From: Mycoplasma mycoides subsp. capri
GTDB lineage: Bacteria > Bacillota_I > Bacilli_A > Mycoplasmatales > Mycoplasmataceae
Length of the DNA: 32,000 bases
NCBI RefSeq assembly: GCF_018389705.1
Contig: NZ_CP065581.1
Location: 420,001 to 452,000 of the forward strand
Reading direction: 5' to 3'
Part shown: positions 26,335 through 32,000 of the stretch, in pieces
How the letters are laid out: each line of letters opens with the position of its first letter
How positions within the stretch are numbered: position 1 is the first letter of the stretch
Program-made: the position numbers and the translations under genes
Notes under the pieces: generated by a model
The model's input: only the letters and a program-made list of their open reading frames with translations
Database searches by the model: none
What the model was told of the DNA's origin: nothing

Positions 26335-26535
26335 ACAGAGAGCTAATGGTTGGTGAAAATTAGTAAAAGAATTTATAAAATATCACTTTTTATTTCCAAA
26401 AAAGAAAAGCTATAGCTGAGTAGAATTTTGCGGTTGTCACGTTAAAACTATAAAGATGAATTATAATAATATTTTTATAATTTAATTAGGATGGTACCGC
26501 GGTAAATCGCTCCTTTTGGAGTGATTTTTTTGTTT
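26335..26535 (+). promoter_or_regulatory. T-box riboswitch/leader upstream of ileS
   Basis: cagagagctaatggttggtgaaaattag (Stem I start), T-box core ggatggtaccgcgg (26489-26502), terminator aaatcgctcc/ggagtgattt plus T run (26504-26533). Confidence 0.92.
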
Positions 26536-26553
26536 TTAGAAAGGAAAAAATAT

Positions 26554-29301
26554 ATGTCAAATAAATATAAAGATACTTTATTAATAGGTCAAACTGATTT
26601 TGATATGCGTGCTAATTTGAATCAAAAAGAACCTAAATTTGAACAGTTTTGACAAGAAAATCAAATCTATAATAAAAAATTAAAATTAAATGAAAATAAA
26701 AAAGTTTTTGTTTTACATGATGGTCCACCTTATGCAAATGGAGATTTACATATAGGACATGCTTTAAATAAAACTTTAAAAGATTTTATTATTAGATTTA
26801 AAAACGCAACTGGATATTATGCTCCTTTTATTATGGGATGAGACACTCATGGTTTACCTATTGAAAGTGCTGTTACTAAAATGGGTGTTGATCGTAAATC
26901 TATGAGTAGTGTTGCTTTTAGAGAACTTTGTTATAAATATGCTTTAGAACAAGTTTCAAATCAAGCAAACCAATTTAATCGCTTAGGAATGTTTACTGAT
27001 TATGATACTAAATATGTAACTTTAACTCATGACTTTGAAATGTCTGAATTAAGATTATTTGAAAAAATGTATCAAAAAGGTTTAATTTATAAAGATCTAA
27101 AACCTATTTATTGATCACCATCAAGTGAATCTGCTTTAGCTGATTCTGAAATTATTTATAAAGATATAACTTCTCCTTCAATTTATGTAGGTTGTGATGT
27201 TATTAATAGTGATGAATTTAAAAATACTCAATTAATTATTTGAACAACAACTCCATGAACTTTACCATCAAATCAATTAATTGCAGTTGGTTCAAAAATT
27301 AAATATAGTTTAATTCAAGTAGAAAATTCAGATAAACAATTTATTTTAGCTTCTGATTTAATAAATCAAGTATCTCAAAACATTGGTTGAGAAAATGTTA
27401 AAGTAATTAAAGAAATTGATGCTAATAAATTAGTTGGTTTAAATTATGTTCATCCATTATATGATACAAAAATCAGTAAAGTAGTTTTAGGACATCATGT
27501 TACAAGTGAATCTGGTTCAGGTTTAGTTCATATTGCTTCAGGATTTGGTGAAGATGACTTTTTAATTGCAAAACAAAATAATATTAAGCCTTTTGCTCCA
27601 ATTGATAATCAAGGTAAATTTACAACTGAAATTAGTGATTTAGATCCACAATTAGTTGGAATGTTTTATGATGATACTAATAAAATCATTACTAAAAAAT
27701 TAGAAGAAAATAAAAAATTATTAAAACTAAAATTTTTAACTCACTCATATCCACATGACTGAAGAACTAAAAAACCAGTTATTTATAGATGTACTTTACA
27801 ATGATTTGTTAATTTAGCTCCAGTTAAAAATGAAATTTTAAAAAATGTTGATCAAATCAATACTCATCCAAAATGAGCTAAAAAACGTTTATATCAAGTT
27901 TTAGATGAAAGAACTGATTGAACTATTTCTCGTCAAAGATTATGAGGAGTTCCAATTATTGCTTTTTATGATCAAAATAATAATTTAGTTTTAAATGAAC
28001 AAATTTTAAATTATGCAATTAATAAAATTGAACAAGTTGGAACTAATGCTTGATTTAGTTTAGATGCTGATGAATTTTTACCAGATGAATATAAAAATAA
28101 ATCTTTAAAAAAAGAAAAAGACATTTTAGATGTGTGATTTGATTCAGGAAGCAGTGCAATTGCTTTAAGTCAAAAATATCCAAATTTAAAATTACCATAT
28201 GATATGTATTTAGAAGGAAATGATCAGTATCGTGGTTGATTTAATGCATCAATGATTAATTCAACTATTTATTCAAACACTTCTCCATATAAACAATTAG
28301 TCTCACATGGAATGACAACTGATGAAAAGGGAAATAAAATGTCTAAATCACTTGGTAATGGAGTTGATCCAATTGCTTTTGCAAATGATCTAGGTGCTGA
28401 TATTTTAAGATTATGAGTTGCATCAACTGATTTTACTGATGATCAAAAAATTGGAAAAGAAATTATTAAACAAATTAGTGAATCATATAGAAAAATTAGA
28501 AATACTATGCGTTTTATTTTAGCTAATTTAAATGATTTTAATGTTAAAACTGATTATCAAACTAAATTAAGTGAAGTTGATATGTATAGTTTATTTAATC
28601 TAACTAGTTTTAAAAATAAAGTAATTCAAGCTTATGAAGAATTAAACTTTAGTTTAGTTTATACATTAGTTATGAATTATGTAACTAAGAATTTATCTGC
28701 TTTTTATTTAGATTTTATTAAAGATATTTTATATATTAATAGTAAAAATGACTTAAGAAGAAAACAAGTGCAAACTGTTTTATATGAACAATTGTATTGT
28801 TTGATTGATGTTTTAAGACCAATTTTAGTACATACAATTGAAGAAGTTTATCAAAATCTAAATGATAATAATAAAGTTGAATCAGTTCATCTATTAGATA
28901 ATAAAGAACAAAACTTTGTTTATGATAAAGAGTTTATCAATAAATGAGATCAAGTAATGATTTTAAGAGATGATGTTAATAAAGCTTTAGAAATTAGTAG
29001 AGAAAATAAAATTATTAATAAAGGATTTGAAGCTGTTGTTAATATTAAATTAGATAAAGAATATGATGATTTAAAAAATATTAAAGATTTAAGTCAAATT
29101 TTTATTGTTAATAGTATTAATTTTGTAGATAATATTGATAATAGTTTTATTAAAACAAATATCTCATCAATTAAAGTTGAACAAAAACAAGGATTAAAAT
29201 GTCAAAGATGTTGACAAATTTTTGATAATTTAATTGATGATGAAATTTGTAATCATTGTAATAACGTAGTTAAATCATTATTGGAGACAAAATGTGAATA
29301 A
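26554..29301 (+). CDS. ileS: Isoleucyl-tRNA synthetase
   Basis: 915 aa. [69 protein letters not shown]-type motif [15 protein letters not shown]-terminal zinc-finger CQRCW...CNHC. All three track fragments are in frame. Confidence 0.98.
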
Positions 29302-29900
29302 AAGATAAATTAGTAGAGACAAAAGTTTTTTTAAAAAATCACAATTATCTTTGAAAATTCAAACTAATAGTATGTTTGCCTATTTTTATAAGTTTAATTA
29401 GTTTTGATTGAATTTCAAAAGCTATTGTTGTAAGTCATATGAAATTAGGAGAAACTAAAACGTTTATTAGTGGGTTTTTAAACTTTCAGTATGTGATCAA
29501 TCTTGGAATGGCTTATGGTAAGTTACACGATAAAGCTTATTTAGTCATTATTTTTGCAACAATTTTTAGTTTATTTTTAACAACAATCTTTATTTTTTTA
29601 AATAATAAAAAATGATTAATTGTTTTAATAATTATTTTAGCTGGTTCTTGAGGAAATTTATTAGCTAGATTATGAGCTCCAGGTAATGAAAATAATGTAT
29701 ATTATGGAGTTGTTGATTTTTTAACTTGAGATTTTAGTTTATTTAATTCAAGAGATTATGTATTTAATTTAGCTGATTTGTATGTCAATATTGCAATTGG
29801 TTTAACAATTTTATTTACTATTATTGAATTAGTTTTATATATAAAAAGTAAAATTAAAACAAAAAAAGAAAAAATAGAAAATGAACAAAATAACTCTTAA
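29292..29900 (+). CDS. lspA: Lipoprotein signal peptidase (signal peptidase II)
   Basis: 202 aa. NLGMAYG, LAGSWGNLLARLW, GVVDFLTW and VFNLADLYVNIAIG carry the two conserved Asp motifs. Missing from the track because of several TGA codons; overlaps ileS by 10 nt and the next gene by 20 nt. Confidence 0.92.
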
Positions 29901-30813
29901 TTCACTAAATACAACTTTAAGATTAGATAAATTACTAGTTGAATTATTAACTAGTTATGATTATTCAAGAAGCTATATTCAAAAACTAATTAAAGAAGAA
30001 TGTATTAGTGTTAATAATCAAATTATTACTAATAATAATTTTGTAGTTAAACCAAATTCTGAAATCACAATTACTATAAAAGATCCTATTTTAGATCCAA
30101 ATTTAGTTAAAAATGATGAGATTGATTTAGATATTATTTATCAAGATGATGATTTATTAGTGATTAATAAACAAAATAATATTACAGTTCATCCAAGTTT
30201 AAATAATACAAATAATACAATTGTTAATGCTTTATTAGCAAGTGATGTTGAACTTTCATCAATTAATGGTGAACTACGCCCTGGAATTGTGCATAGAATT
30301 GATAAACAAACAACAGGTTTATTAATTGTTGCAAAAAATGATAAAACTCATAAATTATTAAGTGAAATGTTTAAAAATCATCAAATTTATAAAGAATATT
30401 TAGCAATTGTCACTGGAGTAATTAAACCAAATAAAGGTTTAATTGATGCTCCAATTGGTAGAAGTCAAATTGATCGTAAAAAAATGAGTGTAACAGCTAA
30501 AAATTCAAAACAAGCGATTACAACTTTTGAAGTAGTTGAACGATTTTTAAAAAATACTTTAGTTAAATGTCAGATTCAAACTGGAAGAACTCATCAAATT
30601 AGAGTACATTTTAACTATATTAATCACCCCGTTTTAAATGATCCAGTTTATGGTAAAAAACACCAAGAATTTACTGATTTTGGTCAATATCTTCATGCTT
30701 ATAAATTAAAGTTTACTCATCCAATTACAAAAAAAGAAATTGAATTAATATCACCTCTTCCTAAAGAATTTGATGATAAAATTAAAGAATTAAGGGGTGA
30801 AAATAATGACTAA
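29881..30813 (+). CDS. rluD: RluA/RluD-family pseudouridine synthase
   Basis: 310 aa; S4-like N-terminus RLDKLLVELLTSYDYSRSYIQKLIKEECISVNN, catalytic ELRPGIVHRIDKQTTGLLIVAKN, TGRTHQIRVHFNYINHPVLNDPVYG. Confidence 0.93.
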   Translation: MNKITLNSLNTTLRLDKLLVELLTSYDYSRSYIQKLIKEECISVNNQIITNNNFVVKPNSEITITIKDPILDPNLVKNDEIDLDIIYQDDDLLVINKQNNITVHPSLNNTNNTIVNALLASDVELSSINGELRPGIVHRIDKQTTGLLIVAKNDKTHKLLSEMFKNHQIYKEYLAIVTGVIKPNKGLIDAPIGRSQIDRKKMSVTAKNSKQAITTFEVVERFLKNTLVKCQIQTGRTHQIRVHFNYINHPVLNDPVYGKKHQEFTDFGQYLHAYKLKFTHPITKKEIELISPLPKEFDDKIKELRGENND

Positions 30814-32000
30814 TTCTTCTACTAGTGATAAAAAGACTTTAGAAAACTTTTTTATTAAGAACTTTAAGTATAAGTTATTAAAATCTAAAGTTAATTCTAG
30901 TGTAAGTTATTTATATAGTTCTAATGAAAAACACCAAGTGATTATTTTAAATTTTGATAATAGTATTTCATTTGAAAAAGAAAAAGAATATATTATTAAA
31001 AAAGTTGAAAAACAAATAAAAAAACCTGTGAGTGTTTTTCATATTGTAATTGATAATGATAATCAACTAACTACAAAATCTAATTTAATTGTTTTACACT
31101 CTTCAATACAAACTCTAGCTACTGATTTAGAGCCATATTTTAAAAATACTAATTTATTAGTTTTTAATCACACAATTGATAATGAACTAAAAGATGATAA
31201 ACAACCTAGTGAAGAAACTAATAATAAATTATTTACAAGCTTTTTAGAAAACGTTAAAAATAATAAAATTACATTTTCTTGAGCAGTATTATTAATTCTA
31301 ATTTTAATTCCTAGTATGTTACAAATTGTTGGGTATTTTATTTTAGAAACTAATCCAAACAGTAAAAATGTTTTAATTTTAGCTTTTGGTGGAACTAATT
31401 GAAATTTAACAATTGTTGGAAAACAGTGATGAAGAATCTTTACTTATGGAATTGCTCCAATTAAACAAAATGGATTAATTGTTGATATTTTAAGTTTATT
31501 AATTTTAGGAACTAGTTTTTTTAGCATTTCAAAAATTACTGAAATCCAATTAGCAAATACTAAAAAACTAATTTTAGTTACAATATTAAGTTATTTAATT
31601 TTAGGATTATTTTCAAGTAGTGTCTTACCAACAATTTATACTGGTGGACTAATTAGTACAATGGGAATATTTATTGGTGTTTTACTAATTGATGTTTCTG
31701 GTTCAACTACTCCTATGGCTAAATTTAGTCAAGCTAAAACTGTAGTTTATATTTTAATTTTAATTGGATTTTCATTCTTTTTAGGTGATGGTTGAACTGG
31801 GTTATTAATTACTGGAACAGCTGTTATATTAGGAAGTGCTTTTTGAGGAATATTAAAAGTTAATATAAAAGAATGAGCTTGAATTCAATATGTTCATATT
31901 TTTTTAATCTTAGCAATTTTAGCTATTAGTTTAACTTTTATTTTCTTACCTCATCTAACTCCTGCTTTAGATCAACATATCTTAATAACTCTTTCAACTT
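30797..32000 (+). CDS. Rhomboid-like multi-spanning membrane protein with N-terminal soluble domain (3' truncated by window edge)
   Basis: Open from GTG 30797 (or ATG 30806) to the window end. TM region: VGKQWWRIFTYGIAPIKQNGLIVDILSLLILG...YTGGLISTMGIFIGVLL...VVYILILIGFSFF, resembling rhomboid topology and the xxWWRxxTxxxxH region. Confidence 0.7.

Overview
This window is a core-genome segment of a Mollicute. The 16S/23S sequence, strong A+T bias and in-frame UGA=Trp in almost every gene point to the Mycoplasma mycoides/capricolum cluster, genetic code 4. All supported genes are on the + strand. Order: dnaJ (3' end), rpsB, tsf, small membrane protein, pyrH, frr, argS, a complete 16S-23S-5S rRNA operon with no spacer tRNA, a giant FtsX-like permease (1482 aa), an unknown 202-aa protein, pheS, pheT, a DUF177/YceD-like protein, rpmF, a division cluster (mraZ, rsmH, a divergent FtsA-like protein, ftsZ, sepF, an alpha/beta hydrolase), a T-box leader, ileS, lspA, an RluD-family pseudouridine synthase, and the 5' part of a rhomboid-like membrane protein. 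The supplied ORF track breaks most genes at UGA; I re-joined them by reading TGA as Trp and checking frame. I see no CRISPR array, prophage, IS element or obvious defence system. The best second looks are: (1) the FtsA-like protein with an eroded nucleotide-binding motif, next to ftsZ/sepF and an unknown hydrolase; (2) an eroded PheT editing domain; (3) a rhomboid-like protein apparently lacking catalytic Ser/His; (4) an FtsX-like permease with no ATPase nearby plus an unknown partner; (5) long rRNA processing stalks that incorporate boxA-like sequences; (6) MraZ-box-like repeats; (7) a possible structured rpsB leader; (8) an unexplained 430-nt gap with an internal terminator before the ileS T-box.
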